Source: Camelus ferus (Eukaryota). From it: DNA of 64,000 nt. The notes beneath the pieces were generated by a model, which saw only the letters and a list, made by a program, of their open reading frames with translations, did no database searches and was not told the origin of the DNA. The stretch lies in assembly GCF_009834535.1 (NCBI RefSeq), contig NC_045697.1:117616001-117680000 (forward strand), given 5' to 3'. Positions within the stretch are counted from its first letter, which is position 1. Each line of letters starts with the position of its first letter. This document shows, one piece after another, positions 1-11,974 of the stretch. A program made the translations under genes and the position numbers.

Positions 1-1239
1 CCCCATTATGTTCAATTATGTTTCATATTTAAAAAGTAGACAGAGGCTGTAAATGTCCCCGAGTGAGTCTGAATGTTCACAAGACCCTGGCGACCTCTGG
101 GGACTGGGCGAGAGTTTGAAGAGAAGAGACTGTGATGGCAACGTGAAGTGCTTCCTCACTTTTAACACATTTGTTCGTTCTTTAATCCATCCAGGTATTC
201 ACGTATTACTTAGCAATTAAAAAAGGAACATCACAAAGCAAGTTGAAAAATAAGAGTTATAAAGGAGTGGGGTTGGGGACCACTGTCACAGTTGATGACT
301 GGGAAAGGGACACGGATTTCGGGTGGCGTCCCCAGAAGGAGAGGAGGTGGCAGGTGTGAGAGAGAATCTCTATGACTGACCGTGTGGGAAAGGAAGGCAG
401 ATTTAACACAGGCGATGGGAACAGTGATGACTCTATCAGAAACGGAAAATGAAAGAAACAACCAAATTGTAAGGAGATCTTTTTTTTTTTTTAATTTTGG
501 AAACAATGAATTTGAGATGCTGATATCCAGGTAAATATACTGCACGTTTCCTAGAAAGACATACTATTTGAAGTACACAGATCAGGACTACCCTGGGGTT
601 AAGTAACTAGACTCTCGAGGTAACAATATGAAGCAACTGTTAGCGGACACCAACTGGACTTCATCATGGTCACCATGGAATGTTCCATTTGCAGCTATAT
701 ATGCGCACTTAATCCTGGGACAGCCATTTGTATGTATTTGGGTATTAAAATTGATCTTAAGAGGCTACAATATCGTATTACAGAAAGTAATTAATTCACA
801 TTATTTTCAAGAAATAAATCCTCTATAATGAGACCTGCCTTCCATCTGGTACCTTTCCCGCTTCAACTCTGGTTCTAAAACAAACTCCCTGATATGAGTG
901 AAATTTGAAAGAATAAAGAAAAGAGATTATGAGCAAATATAATGATTATAATACAAATTTTAAACGGTCGAAGTCTTATCCAAGACATTTTCTTTTTTCC
1001 TAACACAGTTCCATTAACATGTTTTGCCCTGGATCCTAGCAGGATTTTGAAACCCATCAAATATAGATTTGGGGGGAAATTTTAAAACTACTCAGATGGC
1101 TGAGATTTTGCAACTAGAGGGTGCTGAAGGACTGTGGAGATTAGATATGTTTCATTTTTTAAAGATTTAGCAATCAGTGATTTTGTAAAAAATTAGTCTT
1201 CAACAAAATAGCACTGAATTATACACAGCAATTGGCACA

Positions 1240-2593
1240 AACAATATTCAAACACATTTTATTATTGAATTGACCACACAAACTCTCAGCTGCAACAAAA
1301 CTCTCCAAAGGATGTAAATATTCTCACTTGGCGTCATGTTTGTGTTAGGTGGATTACAGAGTCTTGCTATCAGCTATGGCGACCCGGGAGTGTCAGAGAC
1401 CAGAAAGTATCTATTTTAAAGTTGGAACAAGATCAAAGCAAGGAAATCTAAGCAATCTAGACCTTTAGCAAGAAAGAAAATACAAGAAGAAGAGAGGCTT
1501 AACATAAAGTAATTACTTACTTAATCCTTGAATGTTCTGTAGCAAAATCAAAAGCTATTCAAATAAGAAAAAAAGAAATTCAGAAAAAAATTTAATTTTA
1601 CTTTGAAATACGTAAGCATTTTAATAACATAAAGAAGTTAAAATCCTTTAATTACTATGAATTTTCCTTCCCAAACCCAAGTTACTTCTAGTAATGATTT
1701 TCCTCTTGGTTTCTTAACAGTGGTGTGAAATCACATACCCACTACTATATTCCGATTTAAAATATTTATGACTCTTTTTAAGGCACAATGATTTTGTATA
1801 CTCTGTATCAACAAAATAAAATCCATGAAAATATATTTAGGTTTTAAAGTAGAATTTCTTTTATCAGAAATATTTAATCAATATATCTATCCTTTAGTTT
1901 TATTTTATCAGAGACCAGAATTCAGCATGAATTTAGGTGCATCTAGATTTCCTTTTGTTTCAAAAATGCTTACTGTGTTTTATTCCCTGGCATTTTGACA
2001 ATACAGGCAGACTTTAAAATAAGCTGATTTTTTACAAATTAGTACATCTTTGATCTTTATTTCTCCACAGAGCTTGCATAATTATAGCTGATATATTTCT
2101 ACTTATAAATTTAAATGATATGTAATATAATTCTGCTTTATCTGTGATAATACCATCTGAAATTATACAAGAATAAGATGGCTTTCTCTGCAAGTCACAA
2201 GGAGGGGAGTTTGCAACACGGACATTAGAATGGCGATCAGATCATGATAGGGTTCAGCGAGCACAGAATTACTATCAGAATTATTGGAAGTATCTGCAAT
2301 TCACACTAACTGGAGAGAAACGTTTGGATTTTGGTTTATGTGGTACGCTTGTCCTTCATTGGTTCCTAAAGCGACACGTTTGCTTTACATAAATACATCA
2401 TGATTAGAGCACAGACGTAATGAGATCATGCTGCCATTCCAAATAAAGGAGCCACGTTTCTATGACAACCGATGGCGTCCAAGATGCAGTGTATTGCTGT
2501 GAAGATGCAAACAATCGTCCGCAGGCTGGCCTTGATGGACGAGGCTGGTCACAATGCGATGGGCTCTTACTTTACATGAATGGAAAAGGTTTA
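1240..2593 (-). other. GLRB: GLRB 3' UTR (distal end approximate)
   Basis: AT-rich sequence with no recognisable repeats between the stop codon and the poly(A) signal. Confidence 0.75.
1258..1263 (-). terminator. Probable polyadenylation signal AATAAA
   Basis: tttatt on +. On the minus strand it is followed by GT-rich sequence (tgtgtttgaatattgtttgtg...ttttgttg), typical of a downstream element. Confidence 0.7.
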
Positions 2594-2890
2594 TCATAAA
2601 TATATCGACCAGTAGATCACGTTGAAGAACAGGAAGCAGAAAGGAAACAGCGCTCTGGCATAAAGATCGATGCGCTTGGCGGCTGTCGGGATGACGGGTT
2701 TGGCGGGAGGCGGCTTCTTGGTGTTCTTGTCCTGAGATCGCCCGAGGCCGTTGTTGACTTCAATGGGCTTCCCGTAGCAGTCGTAATTGGACAGCTCGAA
2801 ATCCCTCGGTAAGCTGCCCACGATGCTGAAGTCATTAGATCTCAGGTCAGACTTGGAGGTACACACCTTCTTGCATCTGGTCTCTCCAAC
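2594..2890 (-). CDS. GLRB: GLRB exon 10 coding part (297 bp): gephyrin-binding motif, proline-rich motif, TM4 and stop
   Basis: Acceptor cacttttatcctcag|GTT. Translates to VGETRCKK...[13 protein letters not shown]...[11 protein letters not shown]...YWSIYL; TGA is immediately followed by TAA. Confidence 0.98.
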   Translation of the reverse strand, partial: VGETRCKKVCTSKSDLRSNDFSIVGSLPRDFELSNYDCYGKPIEVNNGLGRSQDKNTKKPPPAKPVIPTAAKRIDLYARALFPFCFLFFNVIYWSIYL

Positions 2891-5044
2891 CTGAGGATAA
2901 AAGTGAAAGACGGGGGTATTCAGAATTTTTCTATGTAGAAGACGTCTTCAAAAAGATACTTAAAAAAATCGGATGGCTTAATCAGTTGACTATGATCTCT
3001 TTTGGTTAAACAGAAATCATAGTCAACTGATTAAACCAGGAGGTGACCTGAACACGGAGGGCTCTAACGTGTTGTGTGCGTAACAAGGTTTATGTCGTGG
3101 AATAAACTTTCAGTAGGTTATTTTATGATAAGAGATCAAAGCACAAATCGCCAGTTATCTTAGGTACTCCCAGGCTCGTGAGAGTTCTCAGTTGAAAGAG
3201 TGAGCGATAAATAAAAACCCATCTTCAACCACAAACAGCACAGCTCATCTCAGTACAATATACGAATTACAGAAATCTTCTGGTACTTCTAATCTTTGAC
3301 CTCCCCATGGATCCTACTTCCAAACCAGATGGTTTATAGAAGACTGAGGCATTTGTCACATCAGTGAGACAGTGTGTCCCTAAATCACACTCACAAATAA
3401 GAACTGAACATGGTCACCATTACCATGAACCAAAGATTCACTAGTGAAAGGCATTTCTCCCTTGTTGACTAAAGACGAATTACACAGAGACTCCAAACGC
3501 AGAGAATCCAAAGGAACTGTGTATATTTCAGCCGGATCATATGCTACAGATTATTTGGCTGAGAAACTCGGAATTATTAAATCTGACTCCATTCCCTATA
3601 ATATACCAAATAATTATTTCACAATGAACTCTCCCTGGCAATCTGAAGAGATCTTGGAAAAGATGGAGGTATAGGCTGACCTATGGTTTAAGGGGCACCG
3701 ACGTCAGGAAAGGCCACAGAAGGGTGAAACTGTGACCCAACTGCATAATATTCCACTGATCTCTCTCCTGACCTCTGGTGTTCACCTTGGGAATCTTCAC
3801 TATTAATATCTCCTGTTTTTACCAAAAAAGGGAAACACATCATTGTACACGATTAGCACACAGTGGTTACTCCGGCCTTTGCCTTATTAGTAAGACGCAT
3901 TGACTAGTTACACGAATTCTATTGTCATTGACTAGATGAGGGCTGGGTAAAGATTACGCTTAAGGTAAAAAGTAAAACTGATTCTTCCCCAGCAGTACGT
4001 CAGGTACCAGCAGGCTGTCCTTGACCTGAACAAACACTGAGGTATATTTTCTAGCCAAGAGCTGGACGGCAGCCTTCAGAAGTGGGGAGCAGAGAAACCA
4101 AGAGACACGGGGTGAAAAAACAAGTTAAAATGCATTTACACGTTCTCCCAGGGTTTTGATTTTATTAAAACCTCTTCTGTAAAGGTATTTGAAGACTGTT
4201 ATCTTTGAAATGAGTTGTGTGTGTGTCCTGGTGGCGAGCGCCTATTACAGGAGTCACTTTTAATGATGGGACAGCTCTGAATGAGGGATAAAACTGGGTT
4301 CCCTACGGAGAAGCCCTCAGGCTCTTTAAACAGCTCCTCATTCCTTCCCTGGTTCGCTGCTCCCACCTTCTCCCGCTCAGCAGAGACTTCACACAAACAC
4401 AACTTCCCTCTTCAGTTAATGCCCTCTGCACATAATTATCAAATCAAGTATGTACACAAGCGGAGAAAAGCGTTTACAGTATAAATACTGTTTTAAACAA
4501 TTATACCATCACATCAAGAGGGATCAAATGAACTAGTTATCAACAAGACAGCACCCCCGCGTAATACAGTCTTACAGCGGTCTTGCTTCTATTAGTCTCC
4601 AATCTATAATTTCCCCATTTTTCCTCACATGAATATGTGTCTCTCATTTACTTTCATCATGTAAACGTGTCACTTCCGAAAATGACTGGTAGCAAAAACC
4701 GGGTAGTATGATAATGAAACCGTCAGGAATAAAAATTAATGATGCGGACAGAACTTCCCAAGGCTCCAGACCATAGCCGCTGAGATTAGCTTTGTGGTCC
4801 TTTTCGGTCTGAATCTGCACACGTTTAAAAGCCAATCACCGCACACAGTATTTCTTAACCGGAAGACGCAGGCATGGTTTTATACAGATAATCGCATCTT
4901 CCACAGATGATACAGATGTGTTCACAGGGAAATCTCCTTTATGTATTTTACCAAATTTAAATCAATCCTTATTTTAAAAATATATATCATTACTGTAAAG
5001 AAACAATTCTCTCATTCATGCTGCATGTACAGCAGCTTTGATGT

Positions 5045-5193
5045 TTTCTGTTTTGTTTTTTGTTTTTCTTTGGGGGGGGGCGGAATTAGGTTTACGTACA
5101 TATATATACAAATTAAATGGAGATACTGAGGACTGAACCCAGGACCTCGTGCATGCTAAGCTCATGCTTTACCACTGAGCTCTACCCTCCCCC
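5045..5193 (-). mobile_element. tRNA-derived SINE (camelid Vic-1-like)
   Basis: Minus strand reads GGGGAGGGTAGAGCTCAGTGG...CTTAGCATGCACGAGGTCCTGGGTTCAGTCC with A/B boxes and an A-rich tail. Perfect 12-bp TSD cagctttgatgt at 5033-5044 and 5194-5205. Confidence 0.9.
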
Positions 5194-5900
5194 CAGCTTT
5201 GATGTCTTAATTGATTCACATCCATAGACATAGTCTACCTTTTATTCGCAGCAACACCTTTGCTGTGAACACACCTGGCACATGCTTGGAGTTGGGAACA
5301 CTGATGTTATTAGCAACAGTAGGTCCTCAACTCTTTTTATTGAATAAAAAAAGAAATATATGAGTGAACAAGCAAACTACTGCCCAGTTCTTCAACTATT
5401 CACCCTGGGCTGGACAAATCCCAAACGTGGGCATAGCTCCCTATGGGCCAGGCATCCAATAAATCAGGAGCCTGCCTGCCCTGTGCTGTGTGAAGCCCTC
5501 CCTCTTGAGGGGAACAGGTGGGAGACTGAACCAAAAACATGGGCTCAGCCTTCCGGGCCCCCCAGCAGCGCCCTGGCCCCTTACTGGGCTTGTCAGATGC
5601 GAGACAGAAGCAAAGTCTTCCGGCAAGACCTCCACACTCTGTGGTGACCATCAGAACAGAGGTGCGGCCTTAAACTCCATGCCGCGTCCTCCAGAAATTA
5701 GATCAGGTGTTGATTTCCTTTTTGTTAATTACTATGGGACCTAAGCTTTCTGCTCTCTTCCAGGAAGTCTGTTGCGCTCATTCCCTTTCCATCCGCGAGA
5801 GATAAACGAGTACCAATCCCACGACACCGGCACCCCGACAGGATGCAGGCGGGGGGGGGGGGGGCGCGGAAGTCGCTCCGCCGGCCGAGGTCGCGCTCAC

Positions 5901-6193
5901 CTGCAGGGTGCTGATGTGAACGGGGGTGCCCGTACCGTTCACCGTGTTCTTCTTCGCCGCGGTGCCCCCCTTCCCATTCGCCTGCTCGGCCTTGGCAATT
6001 CTGGCCTTTTCTGCTTCAACGCGTTTAGGGTTGTTCAGCATCACCTGCACCACCGCGTACTCCACCAGGGATGCAAAGCCGAAGAGCAGGCAGGCGATGA
6101 GCCATACGTCCAGCGCCTTCACGTAGGACACCTTGGGGAGCTCGGCCGCCAGCGTGGTGCACTCGGAGGCCAAGCTGAGGACCGAGAAGATTC
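5901..6193 (-). CDS. GLRB: GLRB exon 9 (293 bp): TM2, TM3 and first half of the TM3-TM4 loop
   Basis: Acceptor gtccccgcag|GA and donor CAG|gtgagc. Translates to [31 protein letters not shown]...HISTLQ. Confidence 0.98.
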
Positions 6194-7220
6194 CTGCGGG
6201 GACACAAGCAGGAATTCAAGCTGCTTTTTTCACCCTCGTGAAATGCTGTGTCATCATTCGCTCTCGGATGAACGCCCTCTCCAGGAGCTCCCAATGTCCC
6301 TCGGGCCCCTTTAAAGCTCAAAGAGTAGAAGAAACCCCACGCACACACTTTCTGTGTAAGGGTTACTGAATGTGGGTGGGGATGTTTGTAAACAGTGAAC
6401 GTTTAAAAAATAAATAGAAATTTAAGCGAAACTGTAAACACACAATTTGGATCTTGTTTAAATACTACAGATGTCTAAAACCATTCCATTGTACCTCTGA
6501 GGAAGCCACAATGCTCTCTGATTGAACAGGTTATTTCACTTTTCAGCTTTATTACATACAGTTATAGAGCTCAATTTTACCCCCAAAACAACTAAATCAG
6601 AATAAGAATAGAACATATCTAGCAATTTTTTGGTAAGATTCAAAATTAAAAAAAAAAAAAACAAAAAACAAAAAAACTAATAGAAAAGGCAAAGTTAAGA
6701 ACATCTCTGATTATTTCAGGAAAACAAATGATTCCAGCTTTTCAAGGAAAGAATGCAATTCTGCTCTATGTAATATTAACCATATATGAGAGGCTAATAG
6801 TTATATATCAATTTAAGTCAAATAATTGTAAAATCTCGAAAGAGAGTTGCAATAACTCCTGTCCCTCTTTCTCTTCCTTCCCGCATGTGTTCAGAAGATG
6901 GGGTGTGGACACAGGACCCATGGGCACAGAGAACCACGACACGCTGGGCCAGGACTCATGCCGGGTCCGGGGAGCCTCCCTCTCAGTCAAGTGGGAGCAG
7001 GTCTGCCTTGACTCTGGAGTCCATTTCACCAATGGGGCCACGTGCACATTTTTACTCTTAGATGCGACCACTTCTGAGAATGAAAACGTTATCCTGGTAA
7101 TGAAACATGGGCCTGGCATAATATAGAAGCACTATATTAGTATCAATTATCAGTGAGGATGTTGAAGAAATACACATTCCATCAGCTGCACCATTTCAGA
7201 GGCTGCTAAAAGGTGTGGAG

Positions 7221-7392
7221 TTTTTTTCTTAATTTTTAAATTTTTTTTACTGGAAATGTAGTTGATTCATAGTGGTAGTTTCAGGTGTACAGCAAAGTGA
7301 TTTGGTTACACACATACGTACATATATATTTTTTTCTTTTTAGGGAACTGTATCAATACCTTGTAATGACATATAATAGGAAAAGAATCTGA
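7221..7392 (-). mobile_element. Short L1 3' end with an inverted 5' portion
   Basis: 7221-7340 is an L1 3' terminus on the minus strand. 7341-7392 is the adjacent upstream L1 segment on the plus strand (compare the intact copy at 9090-9230). Confidence 0.75.
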
Positions 7393-7929
7393 GCAAATAG
7401 TATTTCTTTGCACAAATATTTTAGCATTATCTTCAGACAGCCTTCAAATAGGATTACTTTACTGTTAAATAACTTCACTGTGAAATTCTGTCTGAATTTT
7501 ACTAAATTATAAACCAATAAAGAAATGCGAAACCCATCATTCATAAAAATGTGGATTTTTGTAATTTTAATATTGTGTTCTTACTAAATTATCCCCATTT
7601 AATGGAGCTCCCTCTCTAATAAATTCCAGGACTTCTTGGTATAATATTTTAAAAACATGTTTAAAATGTCTAGTCCTTATTTGTCAGAAATTTCCCTCCC
7701 TAGTGCAGAAATAAATCAAGTCTAGATTTCAAATCAGGGAATATGTAATAAAAGTGATACCAACTCTGATAAATAGATGTGGGGTCTACATCTTTTGAAA
7801 GTCAAAACTAACAAATAATATAGAGTATTAATAAATTAGTTACATAAAGAAGTTAACCTGAACGAAAACCTCTATAAACAAGTCAGGGTGAAAGATAAAG
7901 TCATTTAGCTCATCAATATGCAGCAAGAA

Positions 7930-8085
7930 GGTAACTGTATTCAATATCTTGTAGTACCAATAATGGAAAAAATATGAAATAGAATATATATATTTATATA
8001 TATACATATAAAACAGAATCACTTTGCTGTACACTGGAAACTAACACAACCTTGTAAATCAATTATAATTCAATTAAAAAAAAGA
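7930..8085 (+). mobile_element. 5'-truncated L1 3' UTR fragment
   Basis: attcaatatcttgta...tgctgtacac...ttgtaaatcaa plus A tail; TSD-like atgcagcaagaa / atgcagaaagaa. Confidence 0.85.
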
Positions 8086-8659
8086 ATGCAGAAAGAATTT
8101 TATAGTGATGAAATGCTTACTTAAGGGAGCATTATTTACAGCAAACTCAAAGACTGACCTACGGGATATCCAGAGATTTCTTGCCCAGCCGATCTTAGAG
8201 TAAACATCAGAAAAATAATTCCTTACTAGCATACACACTCACAATGTATTGACTGAAAGAGGAATACCAAAAACTAGAAAAAGGAAAGGAAGAAAAAGAG
8301 GGTGAAAAATGGAAAGAAAAAGAGAGGAAAGGTAGAGATAGTATTTGTAATCAACAAAATAGAACCAACAGAGTAAGTCAAGGAGAAACTGTGGATATAA
8401 CAACTACTACCTAAACCCCAAATCACTTTTACCCCCTTGGGAGATGAACTACAGTATTCACCAAATTGGTACATATGGAGTTGTGATTAATAACATGAAA
8501 AGTCATTTAGAAATGCTGCTAAATTATATCAGCATGTTATCATTCTTCAACATTTTAATCAAATGATACTAAAAGGAAAACTACTATTACTATCAGACAG
8601 GAATCCAAAAATACTTTCATTTTTGAAAAAGATCCTTATGATCAAAAAGATCTTGAACC

Positions 8660-9270
8660 TACATGCACCCTAGTGTTCACAGCAGCACTATTTACAATAG
8701 CGAAGACATGGAGGCAACCTAAATGTCCATCAAGAGATGACTGGATAAAGAAGTTGTAGCGTATTTATATAATGGAATACTACTCAGCTATAAAAAAGAA
8801 TAAAATAATGCCATTTGCAGCAACATGGATGGACCTGGAGATTGTCATACTAAGTGAAGTTAATCCAGAAGAGAAAGAAAAATACCATATGAGATCACTT
8901 ATATGTGGAATCTAAAAAAAAAGGCACAAATGAACTTATTTACAAAATAGAAACAAGACTCACAGACATAGAAAACAAACTTATGGTTACCAGAGGGAAC
9001 AGTAGGGGGAGGGATAAATTAGAAGTTTGGGATTAGCAGATACTAACTACTGTATATAAAATAGGTAAACAACAAGGACCTACTGTATAGCACAGGGAAC
9101 TATATTCAATACCTTGTAATGGCCTATAATGGAAAAGAATATGAAAATGAATATATATATGTATAACTGAATCACTGTGCTGTACACCAGAAATAACACA
9201 TTGTAAATCGACAATACTTCAATTAAAAAAATTTAAATGAAAAAAAATCCCATTTCTTTAAAAAAAAAAA
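8660..9270 (+). mobile_element. L1 3' end (ORF2 C-terminus and 3' UTR)
   Basis: tgttcacagcagcactatttacaatagc...atgccatttgcagcaacatggatggacc, then a poly(A) tail. TSD atcttgaacc at 8650-8659 and 9271-9280. Confidence 0.92.
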
Positions 9271-9879
9271 ATCTTGAACCACTGCTCCAGATGGTAAGAA
9301 AAGATCAGAGTAAGAAAGGTATTATGTGTGGCCTCTAGAGGTCTGGACAGTGACCTGAATTATTCATCTTATTTTCATTTATAATTTAAAAGTGTTTGTT
9401 TTAAAAAAAAATCCCTTTTAGCAGCACTTAAAGTATTTTATGTAACAGGAAAAGGGTGGTTAGAGTGAAGTTTACTTAGGGTAAAAAGTATCAAAAGTTA
9501 CTTCCATACATAAAGAAATAGCTGAAGTCAGAGTCTATGGAAAATTCATAGATGAAGCTCTGATGTTTGTTAACAATGGAAAAAAATCAATCAAAAAAAA
9601 AGATGGGAAGGAAAACAAAACTAGAACACAAAACTAATATTTTAGAAAGCAAAATGAGTCCAGGGTAAATGATACAGGTTTTTCTCCTAAGTTTTAGAAA
9701 ATAAAAATTATGGGCATAATCCGAAGAGACTGGCAAATTGATTTGCATAATCTTCCGGAACAATGTAGGGGGAAAAAAGTAGAAAAAAGGAAAGATATTT
9801 TGGGTCAAAAGAGTTGTATCCACTGAATATCCTGAAATTTAATCTAAGTCAGTAATATGATTTTTTTAGGTAAAATTAT

Positions 9880-11235
9880 AAATATGTATGTGTCTAGTAA
9901 CAGAGCTTCAAAATACCTAAAGCATAATTCCATAATCCAAGTTGGACATTTTAACACTCTCTGATCAATAACTATAAACCAGACAAAAGACTTAAAAGAT
10001 TTCAACAGGACTGTCAATCAACTTGACTCCACTAATATTTAAACATTACACCCCACAAAGCCTGATACACATTTCAAGGGGACACGGTATGGTTGCCAGG
10101 AGGCATGTGCTGGGCTGGGCCATTCAAAATGTCTCAGTAAATATAAAAGGACTGAAATCATAGAGTATGTTCCCTGACAAAATTTTAAAAAAACATATTC
10201 AAGTACTTAAGAAAACCCTAAATATTTGGAAACCTAACTACACATATCTAAAGAATGCATGGACCAAAGAAGAAATCACAAGGGAAATGAGAAAATATTT
10301 CTTAATGGAAAAAGATGAAAATACACTATATCAAAATGTGTGCACTGCAGCTAAAGCAGGACTTACAAGGGAAATTTGTAATTTAAATGCTCACAGTAGA
10401 AAAGAAGAAAGACCTAAAATTAACTACATAAGTTTCACTTTAAATACCAAAAAGATATCAAATAATACCCAAACTAAGAAAAAAAAAAAAAAGAATAAAG
10501 AGCTAAAAGTCAGTGAAAAAAATAGAGAAAACGAATGAAATCAAGCTGATGTTTTGAAAATACAGAGAAAATGGGTAAGTCTTTAGCTAGAGTGTTCAGA
10601 AAAATTCACAATTTAACAATATCACAAATATGTAGGAATGATCACTACAGTGAGACATTAAAAGGAAGAGCAAATATTATGAGCAATTTTGTGCTAATAA
10701 TTTTCCCAACTTATCTAACATCTAGAAATCAATCAACCCTCCTCAGTCTTACTAAGAGATCTACAAAAATCTAGAGCTGCTATTATACCCATCAGTGAAT
10801 GTTTCAATTAGAATCAGGAATAAGCATCTCTTACAATTCTACTCAACACTGAACTTGAGGTCCCAGCCACTACATTAAGTCAAAAAACTTAGGTGTTGGG
10901 GAGCACGTGAAACAAGTGGTAGGAATGCAAAATGGCACCATTATTCTGATAGAACCATGGTAGCATTTTATAGAAGTAAAATACATTTTGCCATAAAATC
11001 CAGAAATCTCATTCCTAGGTATTTACCCAAGAGTAATGAAAACGTATGTCCACACGGAGACTTGTACAATTATTCACAGCAACGTTTATAATACAGCCAA
11101 ACTGAAAACAACCCAAATCTCCAACAATTGTTTAAAGGGAAAACAAGCTGGTGTATCCATACTAGGACACAGTACTCAGTAATGAGACAGCACCAAATAT
11201 TAACACAAGCAACGACATGGATAAGTCTCCAAAGC
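9880..11235 (+). mobile_element. Old degenerate L1 ORF2 remnants
   Basis: A-rich. ORF 10167..10538 has ORF2-like KEEITREMRKY...ENTLYQN...AAKA, and ctcctaggtatttaccca-type 3' ORF2 motifs occur at ~11010-11230. Confidence 0.8.
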
Positions 11236-11566
11236 GTAAATACGTCCCTATCCTCTAGTTTTCTCTTTATGAGCGTGGCGAGACGTAAACATGCCAACGT
11301 GTTGACCGATCTCATTCTACATTTATGATCACTGACCTAAAGAAGTCCATGACCCTACAGGGCAGTCAGAGTGTATTTCCTGGTCCATGCACCACTTTTC
11401 CTCTCTCTCCAAACCACAACACTCTACCCTATCACACCTGCAACTCATGACCTTGCTTCCTGTTTCATTAAGAAAGCAAAATCAATTACAAGCCCCCACC
11501 CCGACATCTATCCACTGCTCTCTGTATGTGCCCGCATGCTCTGACTTCTGTCCTGATGCTACAGAC

Positions 11567-11769
11567 CAGGGGTCAGTCAACTCGATGCACAGGGCAAGTC
11601 AGACCTAGCACTGATTTTTATAAATAAAGTTTTGCTGGGTCACGGCCACATCTATTCAGTATGTCTTGTCCAAGGCTGCTTTAGTGCTACAAAAGCAGAT
11701 TTAGGGATTTCAACATAAACCTAAATATTGACTACCCTGTATGTGACAGAAAGCATTTGCTGACCACTG
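11567..11769. mobile_element. hAT-Charlie MITE, MER58A-like
   Basis: Terminal inverted repeats caggggtcagtcaa / tttgctgaccactg, with internal tttataaataaagtttt and ggctgcttt motifs. Confidence 0.75.
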
Positions 11770-11849
11770 GAACAAATCACACTGTTCTAAATAGAGAACC
11801 AAAAATAAACATGTCATGATTGTGTCCACCTTACAAAGCAAAAGGAAGA

Positions 11850-11970
11850 TGCGAATGCAATAATCGTGGGAGAACTTAACACCCCACTGACATCACTGGA
11901 CAGGTCTTCCAGACAGAAAAATCAATAAGGCAACCGAGACCCTAAATGACACAATGGAACAGTCAGACTC
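11850..11970 (+). mobile_element. Isolated L1 ORF2 endonuclease-domain fragment
   Basis: Translates to AIIVGELNTPLTSLDRSSRQK, matching the L1 EN IIVGDFNTPL motif. Confidence 0.8.
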
Positions 11971-11974
11971 AGCT

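Noticed and set aside
5772..6314. 180-aa ORF antisense to exon 9, plus the other overlapping ORFs
   Set aside because: An expected shadow of very high GC3 coding sequence, with a non-ATG start and no recognisable domain.
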